From contig JACQBW010000008.1 in assembly GCA_016194305.1 (NCBI GenBank), positions 85,684 to 149,683 of the forward strand: a stretch of 64,000 bases of DNA, given 5' to 3'. The DNA is from Nitrospirota bacterium (GTDB taxonomy: Bacteria; Nitrospirota; Nitrospiria; JACQBW01). Numbering within the stretch: position 1 is the first letter of the stretch; every line of letters starts with the position of its first letter. Position numbers and translations under genes: made by a program. A model generated the notes under the pieces. That model was not told the DNA's origin and made no database searches. It was given only the letters and a program-made list of their open reading frames with translations. Positions 17,802 to 26,606 of the stretch are shown in pieces.

Positions 17802-18182
17802 ATGACATCGATTAAAAATATCGAACTCGGAATTCTGAACATCAATCCATTGGGAAAGGTTATTATCCCCAATCCTGTTCAAGCCAGGGATCAGAAAGCC
17901 GGTGAAAATCTGAGCGATAATAAAATTTTTGCTCCTGATATGATTAACGATACGGTTGACCTCGTTTCAAAAAGCCGACTGATCTTCCCCATTAAAGATA
18001 CGACGGGCGCAATACTTGAAAAGATGAAGGCTCAACTTGAGGCTGGAATAAGAGGAACAGAACCATTGGATCCTGCCGCCGCAAACGCCAAAAGTTTTCA
18101 GATCGGGACGGAACTGACACGCCAGCCTGATAAGAATCTGGTACAGACCCGTTTTGATTTTCTACGTTTCCTGATTGGATAG
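17802..18182 (+). CDS. Hypothetical 126-aa protein with a flagellin-like C-terminal tail
   Basis: GGAG RBS; stop abuts the flbT ATG; C-terminal segment aligns without gaps to the flagellin C-terminus. Confidence 0.7.
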   Translation: MTSIKNIELGILNINPLGKVIIPNPVQARDQKAGENLSDNKIFAPDMINDTVDLVSKSRLIFPIKDTTGAILEKMKAQLEAGIRGTEPLDPAAANAKSFQIGTELTRQPDKNLVQTRFDFLRFLIG

Positions 18183-18575
18183 ATGCCACTTAAGGTTACC
18201 TTAAAGCCGAAGGAACGTCTTTTCATCAATGGCGCGGTTATTTTCAATAATGAAGCGAACCGGATTAGCCTGATTGTCGTTAACGACATACCGATTTTAA
18301 GAGAAAAAGATATTTTAACCGAAGAGAGTGCGAATTCCCCCTGCAAACGGATCTATCTTTCCGTTCAGTTGATGTATATGGATAAGGAACGGCTGGCCGA
18401 ATATCAGAAGAAATATTGGAGGCTGGTCGGGGAGGTCATCAAGGCGGCACCAAGCACCACAAAAATGATTCATAAAATTAGCGAGCAGATTTTAATAGGG
18501 CAATTTTATAAAGCTTTAAAACTTTCTCATAAATTAGTTCATTACGAAATGGAGTTAATCAATGCCGGTAAATAA
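18183..18575 (+). CDS. flbT: Flagellin regulator FlbT
   Basis: MPLK.TLKP.ER.FINGAV, ILREKDIL..E.A.SP.KRIY..VQLMY, FYKALK. Confidence 0.93.
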   Translation: MPLKVTLKPKERLFINGAVIFNNEANRISLIVVNDIPILREKDILTEESANSPCKRIYLSVQLMYMDKERLAEYQKKYWRLVGEVIKAAPSTTKMIHKISEQILIGQFYKALKLSHKLVHYEMELINAGK

Positions 18576-18948
18576 TCCCTTCAGTGCCTATCAAGAGGTG
18601 GCGAAAAAGACCCTAGATGGTCCCGCTCTTGAAGCCTATGTATTGAATAGAGCCGCTCAGCTCCTGATTGAGTGTAAAAATCAGTGGAATGAGTCCGGAC
18701 ATCAAGAACGGCTTGATAAGGCGCTCGGATATAACCAGAAGTTATGGACCTTTTTTCAGGTGGAGCTCGCCAATCCGGAACATTCTCTTCCGAAAAAGAT
18801 ACGTGAAGATATCTTAAGCCTCTCCATTTTTATTGATAAAAGAATTTATGAAGTCATAACAGAACCGGATCCTGGCAAACTGGAGGTGATGATCAATATT
18901 AACCGAAATATTGCCAACGGCCTTCAGGGGAACGCGATCGGGTCCTGA
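18562..18948 (+). CDS. flaF: Flagellar protein FlaF
   Basis: AY, LEA..L.RAA, AL.YNQKLW, LP..IR..ILSLSIF, ININRNIA.GL. Confidence 0.92.
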   Translation: MPVNNPFSAYQEVAKKTLDGPALEAYVLNRAAQLLIECKNQWNESGHQERLDKALGYNQKLWTFFQVELANPEHSLPKKIREDILSLSIFIDKRIYEVITEPDPGKLEVMININRNIANGLQGNAIGS

Positions 18949-19045
18949 ATTTAATCGATCGAGTTCCACGGCTAGCTCTTCTATCGGAGTAATCATTATC
19001 TCCATAGTCAAGAGCTTTTTTTATGCTAAAATTAAAGATAGAAAT

Positions 19046-19135
19046 CCTGTTGAACTGTTTAATTGTTAAACAGTTAATTTGGGAAAAATAACAATGTTCC
19101 AACTCCACAATTCAACAAACTAACGATACAACATT
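19046..19135. repeat. Octamer-array fold-back element, family B, copy 2
   Basis: TGTTGAAC TGTTTAAT TGTTAAAC AGTTAATT TGGGAA ... TTCCA ACTCCACA ATTCAACA AACTAACG ATACAACA. Confidence 0.7.
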
Positions 19136-19157
19136 CCAAAGTTAGGCCCTTAAAAAA

Positions 19158-19724
19158 ATGACTAACTATCCTAAAGACAAATTCAGAGTTCTTATCGTGG
19201 ATGATGAAGAGGGCCCCCGGAGGGCGATTGAAGCGGCATTGTACCGTGAAAAAGATCTTGAAATTAGAACGGCCCGAAGCGGGGAGGAGGCACTCCACAG
19301 TTTTGATGAGGGTGCATTCGATCTTGTTCTGACTGATATCCGGATGCCGCAAATGGATGGGATAGATCTGCTTCGAAGGATCCACGAACGTTCTCCCGAT
19401 ACCCTGGTAATCTTGATTACCGGATATGGAACACTTAATTCCGCCATTGATGCGATTCGGGCGGGAGCGTATGATTACCTGACCAAACCGTTTAAAGTGG
19501 AGGAGCTCTGTATCGTTGTCGACAGAGCCATTGAAAAAATCAAACTTCTGCGGGAGAACGGTAGATTGCTCGGAGAGCTCACCGCGCTTTTTGAAAAAAT
19601 AAAAAAGAATATCGTGGAGACGGAATCCGCCGAAAAGGGGGTCCGAAACCTGGAGTTGTTACAGGATGTCAGGCGTCAGCTTTCACAAATTTATGTAAGG
19701 AACGGTGGAAATGGAAAAGGATAA
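19158..19724 (+). CDS. Response regulator (receiver plus coiled-coil tail)
   Basis: LIVDDE, VLTDIRMP, ITGYG, YLTKPF. Confidence 0.88.
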   Translation: MTNYPKDKFRVLIVDDEEGPRRAIEAALYREKDLEIRTARSGEEALHSFDEGAFDLVLTDIRMPQMDGIDLLRRIHERSPDTLVILITGYGTLNSAIDAIRAGAYDYLTKPFKVEELCIVVDRAIEKIKLLRENGRLLGELTALFEKIKKNIVETESAEKGVRNLELLQDVRRQLSQIYVRNGGNGKG

Positions 19725-20283
19725 CCGCAGCTATCATCGTATTCCAACGGAATGTCCCGCACTTTACCGGATCGTCGACCCTGCCAAGAAAGAAGACGCC
19801 AAAGGGAAATGGGAGAGACTGGCCCATCTTTCACCGATCTCTGCCTTTGAAGGAATGGAGAGCAGCCACCGTCAGACAGAACATGTGGACCCCTTTGTTC
19901 TGGAGCTTTTTCTCCGTCTCGACTGGCGAATGAATTACATGATTAAGATGATGACCCAGAAAGAAGATCTGGAACTCTTTCCCTGCCGGGCGGTCATTGT
20001 CGATATCTCCGCGTCAGGAATGAAACTTTACGGTACTGAAAGTCCTCCGAATGGAGCGCGTATGGAATTTCAATTTGTCTTGCCAATTATCCCTTTCAGG
20101 GAACTATTTTTGGTCGGTAAAGTGATCAGATCGGTCCCGAAGGAGCTTGCAAGCAATCCCGATTTCAAGTATGAAATTGGAATTGAATTTGAGGGGTTAA
20201 AAGAGATGGACCGGGAACATCTGATTCATTATGTCGTCAAAAGAGAACTTCAGTTGCGGCAAGGACGTGAAAAAATCCGCTAG
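19705..20283 (+). CDS. PilZ-domain c-di-GMP receptor
   Basis: RSYHR (RxxxR) and DISASG (DxSxxG); C-terminal GIEF..DRE.LI.YV. Confidence 0.82.
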   Translation: MEMEKDNRSYHRIPTECPALYRIVDPAKKEDAKGKWERLAHLSPISAFEGMESSHRQTEHVDPFVLELFLRLDWRMNYMIKMMTQKEDLELFPCRAVIVDISASGMKLYGTESPPNGARMEFQFVLPIIPFRELFLVGKVIRSVPKELASNPDFKYEIGIEFEGLKEMDREHLIHYVVKRELQLRQGREKIR

Positions 20284-20355
20284 AAAATACTGAAAATGAA
20301 GGCCCTGATCGCTTCCTTTTTGAGTGGCAGGATTTTGAGAAATCATTTGAATCGA

Positions 20356-20475
20356 AGGTTGTTCAAAAAGTGCCAGATGCAAGGCCGCAGGTGCAAGGCA
20401 TACGGAACGTACACGAGCAGTACGTGAGTAATGCCGCGCAACGAGAACGTAGCAGATGGACTTTTTCAACAATCT
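20356..20475. repeat. About 120-bp fold-back intergenic element, family A, copy 3, at the convergence of the two flagellar halves
   Basis: IR AGGTTGTTCAAAAAGT/ACTTTTTCAACAATCT; GCAAGGCCGCAG; GGCAT..CGTAC-loop-GTACG..ATGCC; CGAGAACG. Confidence 0.78.
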
Positions 20476-20476
20476 T

Positions 20477-21019
20477 TTAGGGAGCGGCAGTTTGTTGCGG
20501 TGCCGCCGTCTTCGCCAGCTTCTCTGTGAGATAGGCTGCCCTGACCGGTTTAATTTCATTCAGAATCTTGGCAGCGACTTTCGGTTTGATGCTCGAAAGA
20601 AGTTTTAAAGCGAGAGGTTCCTTAAGTCGTTCGATTCGACGTGCAGCATCTTTTGGAGGCATCGCTTCATACATCTTGCTCAAATGTTCCAATTGTCTTT
20701 CATCGATGGCATCGGTTTTTATTGCGGTCTCCCTAATTTGGGTATACCTACTCAATAGAAGATTGAGCTCCGTTTTAAGCGCCTGAAGCCTCTGATTCTC
20801 CTGTTCAATCTCTTCCGCTCTTTTGTCCAGATCGGTTTTTCGCTTTTCAATCGCATTAATGAGTAATCCGGGATCAGGCGAAGGATTCGGCGCGGCAGAT
20901 TTGTCCTGAAGTTCTCCGTTGGGAGTCAACTCAACTGTTTCGGCCGGATTAGAGGAGGTGTTGAATGAAATCACCAGGAAAACCAAAATAATCACTTGGA
21001 GGAAGTATTTTTGATTCAT
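20477..21019 (-). CDS. MotE/FlbB-like flagellar protein (coiled coil plus MgtE_N-like repeat)
   Basis: L.KMYEAMPPKDAA..I..L, AAKIL..I.P..AA.LT; directly after fliJ. Confidence 0.75.
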   Translation of the reverse strand: MNQKYFLQVIILVFLVISFNTSSNPAETVELTPNGELQDKSAAPNPSPDPGLLINAIEKRKTDLDKRAEEIEQENQRLQALKTELNLLLSRYTQIRETAIKTDAIDERQLEHLSKMYEAMPPKDAARRIERLKEPLALKLLSSIKPKVAAKILNEIKPVRAAYLTEKLAKTAAPQQTAAP

Positions 21020-21459
21020 CGACGGGTCCTTTTGGTCTGTCCAGCGATTTCATCCATGGTTTGCTGGTCCTTTTTCTCAATTCGTGTCAGATAAGTTTGG
21101 AGTCTGTTTTTTTCCAGTTTTTGGACCACTTTCTTCTCTTTGACCGCCAGGGCCAGTTTTTCGCGGAAAAGTTCATATTCTTCCAGTAGTTTTTGCACAG
21201 CCAGTTCCTGTTGCTCCACCTTATCTTTTTGCTGCTGAATAAACCGCTGATAGAGTTCCAACTCGAAAGGGAGAATTCCCTCACCTTTTTTTGCCAGCAA
21301 ATTCCGGTTCGTTTGATCCATCAAATCCCGCAGGACACTCAGTTTTTCTTCTTCAACGGCCAATTGGCGGTTTTTTTCAGCAAGGGCTGTTTCAGCCAAC
21401 TCTTCCTGAAACTTCAGGTGAAGAAGAATTCCATTCAGTTTGGATTGATATCTCGCCAT
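21016..21459 (-). CDS. fliJ: Flagellar export protein FliJ
   Basis: 147-aa coiled coil ending EKKDQQTMDE; follows fliI. Confidence 0.85.
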   Translation of the reverse strand: MARYQSKLNGILLHLKFQEELAETALAEKNRQLAVEEEKLSVLRDLMDQTNRNLLAKKGEGILPFELELYQRFIQQQKDKVEQQELAVQKLLEEYELFREKLALAVKEKKVVQKLEKNRLQTYLTRIEKKDQQTMDEIAGQTKRTRR

Positions 21460-21480
21460 ATCCTTCTCTAAATATGGTAC

Positions 21481-21570
21481 ATGTTGAGTTATTGAAATGT
21501 TGAATGGCTAATTTGGGAATCAATAGACTTTTCCCAATTCAACAAATCAGCAGTTCCACGATTCAACGAT
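21481..21570. repeat. Octamer-array fold-back element, family B, copy 3
   Basis: TGTTGAGT TATTGAAA TGTTGAAT GGCTAATT TGGGAA ... TTCCCA ATTCAACA AATCAGCA GTTCCACG ATTCAACG. Confidence 0.72.
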
Positions 21571-21587
21571 CGTTTCCTATCCCATCA

Positions 21588-21623
21588 GACGAGAACAACG
21601 CGAATGAGGCCTTTTCAACAGAC
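21588..21623. repeat. Truncated family A element (right end only) abutting the fliI stop
   Basis: GACGAGAACAACGC...GGCCTTTTCAACAGAC matches the right ends of copies 1-3. Confidence 0.55.
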
Positions 21624-22936
21624 TATGGGAGGATTCTGGCAAGTGCATCAATGCTTTCTTTGATCGTGACCCTTTCATGGATATCCTGTCTAATATAAGC
21701 CTGAAGTTCTTCCCACTTTTCAATTGCCTGGTCAATTTTCAAGTTGCTCCCGGCCTTATAGGCCCCGATATTAATCAAATCTTCAGCCTTTTGATAAGTA
21801 GAGAGCAATTCGGAAAATCGTCTTGCCCGATCGATCTGTTTGGAATCGACAATATCAATCATGACCCTGCTGACACTGTTTAAAATATCGATGGCAGGAT
21901 AGAGTGCCCTTGCGGCGATTTCCCGGGAGAGTATGACATGTCCATCCAGAATGGCCCGTACCGCATCCGGAATCGGGTCGTTGATATCATCTCCTTCAGT
22001 CAAGACGGTAAAAAGTCCGGTCATTGTTCCTCCGTTTGTTCCAGTTCCAGAACGTTCCAGAAAGCCGGGGAGAAGAGAAAAAACGGAGGGAGTGTATCCT
22101 TTGGTTGCCGGCGGTTCGCCAATTGAGAGTCCGATTTCTCGCTGGGCATGGGCAAGCCGGGTGAGTGAATCCATCATAAATAAGACCTGCCGGTTGCGAT
22201 CTCTGAAGTATTCTGCGATCGACATGGCAAGAAATGCGGCTCTTTTCCTAACCAGCGGAGGCTGATCCGACGTCGCGACGACGACCACCGACCGTTTAAG
22301 TCCCTCTTCGTTTAGATCTTTCTCGATGAACTCTTTTACTTCTCTTCCACGTTCACCGATCAGGGCGATCACATTGACGTCGGCGGAAGTATACCTGGCA
22401 ATCATGCCAAGCAGGATGCTCTTACCAACGCCGCTCCCTGCAAAAATACCGATTCGCTGCCCGCGTCCGGCGGTCAAAAGGCCATTCAGAGCACGTACAC
22501 CCAGATCAAGTGGCGCCGTGATCCGATTTCTTTGAAGCGGTCCCGGAGGGACGTTGTATAAAGGATGAACTTCATGGACCTGGAGAGGTCCTTTCCCATC
22601 GATCGGTTGTCCCAGGCCGTTTAAGACCCGACCTAAAATTCTTTCTCCCACAGCCACCTTGGCCTGAACGGATTTATTGACAATGGCGCTCCCCGGTCCG
22701 ATCCCTTCAAGATCACCCAGCGGCATAAGAAGGACCTTATCGTCTCGGAAACCGACCACTTCGGCGAGAATTCTCCTGTTCCCTAATACCGAGATGACTT
22801 CGCATATTTCTCCAATGGCGGAAACCGGAGCGCATCCTTCCAAGACTATACCGATCGCCTGGGTGATCCGGCCATGAATGGGGCGTGGATCAATCTGATC
22901 AACCAATCCGAGAGCATCCATGATGAAACGGCTCAT
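21623..22936 (-). CDS. fliI: Flagellar export ATPase FliI
   Basis: GIFAGSGVGKS, LIGERGREV, MDSLTR.A.AQREIGL..GEPP. Confidence 0.96.
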   Translation of the reverse strand: MSRFIMDALGLVDQIDPRPIHGRITQAIGIVLEGCAPVSAIGEICEVISVLGNRRILAEVVGFRDDKVLLMPLGDLEGIGPGSAIVNKSVQAKVAVGERILGRVLNGLGQPIDGKGPLQVHEVHPLYNVPPGPLQRNRITAPLDLGVRALNGLLTAGRGQRIGIFAGSGVGKSILLGMIARYTSADVNVIALIGERGREVKEFIEKDLNEEGLKRSVVVVATSDQPPLVRKRAAFLAMSIAEYFRDRNRQVLFMMDSLTRLAHAQREIGLSIGEPPATKGYTPSVFSLLPGFLERSGTGTNGGTMTGLFTVLTEGDDINDPIPDAVRAILDGHVILSREIAARALYPAIDILNSVSRVMIDIVDSKQIDRARRFSELLSTYQKAEDLINIGAYKAGSNLKIDQAIEKWEELQAYIRQDIHERVTIKESIDALARILP

Positions 22937-23571
22937 GTTTTCTCCAAAGATTTTAAAAAAGCCTCTCCAAAGAGGGCAAGCTGGCTGTCAACACGCCCAT
23001 CGATCATTTTTGCATGCGACTCAATGATGCATTCTCCCGGCTGAAGATTAGAATCCGCTTCGAACCGGATTGATTTTAGTTTTTGGACCTCCTGCACAAT
23101 TGAAGCGCCATTCTGGGAAAGAGTGGCCTTATCTGCCGGATGAAGCCGGATGACAAATTTATCAGACTGGTCCATTTTATTCATCGCTTCCCGAATGGTT
23201 GCCTGGAGACGATCGGGAGTTTGCGCGATTTCTTTTTGGATAATCTGTTTTGCAACGGCAAGCGAAAGCTGAATCACGTCGTTTTGGCTGCTCTTAACCA
23301 GTTCCTGTTCGACTGATTTTAATTTTTCGACTAGTTCGGTCAGAAAATGGAATTGCGCTTCAACCTCTTTTAATCCCTGTTCCTTTCCGGCCTGTTCTCC
23401 GGCTGAGAAACCTCTCAAATAGCCATCTCTCTCCGTTTCATACCCGTTACCTCCAATACCATCGTTATACGCAAATGGCGTTGCGTTGCGGCTCGCGGTG
23501 ACTTTTTGCAAGTCGTAGGTATTCAGTCCCTGAGATTCGGTATTCCGTTTCAGGACCCTGGATTTAGACAA
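22933..23571 (-). CDS. fliH: Flagellar assembly protein FliH
   Basis: GxxxG repeats, IRLHPAD, D..L.PG.C.IES; likely start TTG 23571 with GGAG RBS. Confidence 0.88.
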   Translation of the reverse strand: MSKSRVLKRNTESQGLNTYDLQKVTASRNATPFAYNDGIGGNGYETERDGYLRGFSAGEQAGKEQGLKEVEAQFHFLTELVEKLKSVEQELVKSSQNDVIQLSLAVAKQIIQKEIAQTPDRLQATIREAMNKMDQSDKFVIRLHPADKATLSQNGASIVQEVQKLKSIRFEADSNLQPGECIIESHAKMIDGRVDSQLALFGEAFLKSLEKT

Positions 23572-24562
23572 AGACTTCTCCTCCTGATTTGGCAATGACG
23601 ATTTTACCTTCCTGTGAAAGCCGCTGAACAATTTTCAAGATGGCCTGTTGATTCTTCTCCACTTCGCTTAATTTCACCGGTCCGAGGGCTTCCAGATCTT
23701 CTTTTAATAAATCCACTGCCCTCTGCGACATATTTTTATAGAATTTATCTTTAATTTCCTCTTTTGCCGCCTTGAGTGCGATAGTCAGTTGTTCCTTACT
23801 GACCTCTTTGAGCACTTCCTGCAGGTTTCGGTCATCGAGATTGATAAGATCTTCAAATACAAACATCAGTTTCCGGATCTGTTCGGCCAGTTCCGGATTG
23901 GCTTTTCCGATCGATCCCAAAATGACCTGTTCCTGGCTCGGGCCCATCTGGTTCAAAAGGTCGGCGACGAGTTTGATCCCTCCGACCTTTCGTCCGGCGG
24001 CTGTTCCGACCCGGGCCATCTCTTCATTAATCACATCACCCAGCTCTTTCATGACTCCGGGGGGAATCTCTTCCAGCGTCGCCATTCGGTGCAACACGTC
24101 GCTTCGAAGGGTTTCGGGCAGATAGTTTAAAACCTGGCTGTTTAAATCAGGATCAAGATGAATCAGGATCAGCGCAATCGTCTGAGGATGATCTGAACGA
24201 AGCATTTGAGCGATGGCACGGGGGTCCATCCATTTAATGGTGTCGAGCCACCCTTCTTCTGCAGTTGCGAGATTTTCCATCACCCGGGTTGTTTTCTCCG
24301 ATCCGATGGCCTTCGTCAAAACTTTTTGAATATAGTCTCTCCCGCCGACGCTCATCCCCATTCCGCTGGTCGTCCGGTCATTAAACTCCATCAGGATGGC
24401 TCCCAGCTCTTCCGGACTAATGTCCTGCGGGCGGGAGATGACTCTTCCAATTTTCTGCACATCCTTGGCATCCAAATTTTTCATGACATCGGCTGCAAGA
24501 TCTTCTCCTAACAGGGTCAAAAAGACCGCGGCTTTTTCTTCTCCAGACAATTTTCTTGCCAT
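23564..24562 (-). CDS. fliG: Flagellar motor switch protein FliG
   Basis: EKAA..L..LGE, HPQTIALIL, MFVFEDL, NMSQRA. Confidence 0.96.
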   Translation of the reverse strand: MARKLSGEEKAAVFLTLLGEDLAADVMKNLDAKDVQKIGRVISRPQDISPEELGAILMEFNDRTTSGMGMSVGGRDYIQKVLTKAIGSEKTTRVMENLATAEEGWLDTIKWMDPRAIAQMLRSDHPQTIALILIHLDPDLNSQVLNYLPETLRSDVLHRMATLEEIPPGVMKELGDVINEEMARVGTAAGRKVGGIKLVADLLNQMGPSQEQVILGSIGKANPELAEQIRKLMFVFEDLINLDDRNLQEVLKEVSKEQLTIALKAAKEEIKDKFYKNMSQRAVDLLKEDLEALGPVKLSEVEKNQQAILKIVQRLSQEGKIVIAKSGGEVFV

Positions 24563-24612
24563 AACCAGAATCCTTTACGTTGATCAAATTAATAAGTCAT
24601 TCTTATCTGTTT

Positions 24613-26223
24613 CTATTTCTCTTTCAGCCATCCCTTAACCACCTGGGCGACAAGTTGTGGATTTTGTTTGGCCATCTGAGAGACCTGTTCACGCGTAGGT
24701 AGTCCGGGGATTCCCTGCTGTTGTTGCTGTTGATAGGCTTCACCTACGGCAGCCATCTGTCCCTGGCTCATTTGAACCCCGGAAATCTCTCCCGGAGAGG
24801 TGGATGCCAGACCTTTGAGAACGGGACGAATGACCAGGAAAAAGACGATCAGCGAAACAATTCCGCCCAAAGCATATTTAATGTATGGGGCATATTGAAC
24901 CATTTTATTGATCGATTCAGGTGCGGCAGGTTCTTCACTGGGAACTTCGGCATTGGCTTCAAAAGGAATATTGACGACTTCAATCTGATCTTTTCTTTCA
25001 TCTGAATAGCCCATAGCTTTTTTGACCAGATCGCTCAGCTTTTTCATCTCATCGTCTGATCGGGGAATATATTTTCGGGTCGACTGGCCTTTGTCCCCTT
25101 TGGTGACTTCATAAGCGCCATCCACCATGACAGCTACCGAGAGCCTTTTAATCGTACCAACCGGTTCGATAATTCTGCTGGTGGTTTTGCTAATTTCATA
25201 ATTGGTGACATCATTCTTTTTCTGGGTGGAATTATTGCTTTTGGCACCTTCTCCCGGTGTGGCAGGGGCCTTGGGCGGCGTATTGGATAGGGCTCCTGGA
25301 ACGCCGCCATTTCCGGGAGCGGTGGAGGACCCAGAAAGATTTTCGTCGGACTTTTGTTCACTTCTGACCACTTGGCCGTCCGGATCGTACTTCTCTTCTG
25401 TTTTCTCGACCTGACGCAGATCGAGAAGGCTGGAGACTCTGACGATGGCCTTGTTCGGTCCGACCACCTTTTCGAGCAGGGTCTGGATATTGTCTTCAAT
25501 CTTTTTTTCAAGTGTATGTTGATAATCAAGCTGGGATGCGCTCATTTGAAATTTGGACGATTCGTCCGCGTTTTTGGAAAGGATATGGCCATGATTGTCA
25601 ACCACCGTAACGGCCTGGGGCGCAAGGCTTTCGACACTGCTGGAAACCAGGTGAACAATCCCCTGAACCTGTCCTTCGCTTAAATTACGTCCGGTGCGAA
25701 GAGAGACGACGACCGAAGCGCGAGGTTGCTCCTGTCGTTCCGTAAAAAGCGTTTTCTCCGGAACGGCAAGATGGACTCTTGCCCGGCTGACTTCTGCCAG
25801 TTGGCCAATGGTCCGATCCAGCTCTCCTTCCAGAGCTCTGCGATAATTAATTTTTTGAACAAATTCTGTTGTGCCAATAGTCGTTCTGTCAAATATTTCA
25901 AAACCGACAACCCCTCCCTGGGGGATCCCCTGGGTGGCCATTTGAATCCGAAGTTCATGAACCTTATCGGAGGGGACTAACACGGCAGAACCGTCTGCGG
26001 AAAACGAGTAGGGGATATGCGCCTCTTTTAATTTTCCGATAATGGTTCCGCTATCTTCGGACGAGAGATTGGAATAAAGCACTTCCAGTTCCGGTTTTTG
26101 CGCCCAGAGCCAGACCACCACCAGTCCTGAAACAGAGGCGATCAGGAAGACAATCAGTCCGAGCTTTTTTAGAACTGCGTTCGAAGTGAGACCTTGTGTA
26201 ATCTGCTGAAAGTTATCCGCCAT
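24613..26223 (-). CDS. fliF: Flagellar MS-ring protein FliF
   Basis: GFEIFD, F.Q.INYRRALEGEL.RTI, ARVHL..P, RLSVAV.VDG; two TM segments. Confidence 0.96.
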   Translation of the reverse strand: MADNFQQITQGLTSNAVLKKLGLIVFLIASVSGLVVVWLWAQKPELEVLYSNLSSEDSGTIIGKLKEAHIPYSFSADGSAVLVPSDKVHELRIQMATQGIPQGGVVGFEIFDRTTIGTTEFVQKINYRRALEGELDRTIGQLAEVSRARVHLAVPEKTLFTERQEQPRASVVVSLRTGRNLSEGQVQGIVHLVSSSVESLAPQAVTVVDNHGHILSKNADESSKFQMSASQLDYQHTLEKKIEDNIQTLLEKVVGPNKAIVRVSSLLDLRQVEKTEEKYDPDGQVVRSEQKSDENLSGSSTAPGNGGVPGALSNTPPKAPATPGEGAKSNNSTQKKNDVTNYEISKTTSRIIEPVGTIKRLSVAVMVDGAYEVTKGDKGQSTRKYIPRSDDEMKKLSDLVKKAMGYSDERKDQIEVVNIPFEANAEVPSEEPAAPESINKMVQYAPYIKYALGGIVSLIVFFLVIRPVLKGLASTSPGEISGVQMSQGQMAAVGEAYQQQQQQGIPGLPTREQVSQMAKQNPQLVAQVVKGWLKEK

Positions 26224-26289
26224 TTTTTATCCTTTTTATTTCAATAGAATTACGCCTAACCCCTTACTCTTTGCTTCATTCTTTCGTTG

Positions 26290-26595
26290 CTAGATCTGCA
26301 TCTTCGAGATTTCCTGATAAGCGTTGACGATTTTGTTCCGGACCTGCATCATCAATTCAAAGCTGATGTCCGCCTTTTGCAAGGCAATCATGGTTTGGTG
26401 AAGATTCTGTTCCTTCCCTGTTTCGAAATTGGTGACGGCCTGATCGGCATTCAGTTGAGCTTCATTGACCATCTGAATCGATTCTTTCAAGGTTTCCAGA
26501 AAACCCGGTTCCCCCTTTGCGGCACCCGGAGAAACAGGGGACGGCAAGGCCGGATTCGATGCGACGGATGGGAGCCCGATGTTTTGAATATCCAT
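26290..26595 (-). CDS. fliE: Hook-basal body protein FliE
   Basis: LHQTMIALQKA.ISF.L..QVRNK..AYQEI..MQI. Confidence 0.95.
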   Translation of the reverse strand: MDIQNIGLPSVASNPALPSPVSPGAAKGEPGFLETLKESIQMVNEAQLNADQAVTNFETGKEQNLHQTMIALQKADISFELMMQVRNKIVNAYQEISKMQI

Positions 26596-26606
26596 AGATC
26601 TCCTCT

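Noticed and set aside
852..21623. Family A/B repeats as a CRISPR array
   Set aside because: Copies are dispersed and diverged, with no repeat-spacer periodicity and no cas genes.
26245..26286. Weak 7-nt periodicity between fliE and fliF (similar hints near 27090, 42145 and 53865)
   Set aside because: Too short and degenerate, with no opposite arm; could be chance.
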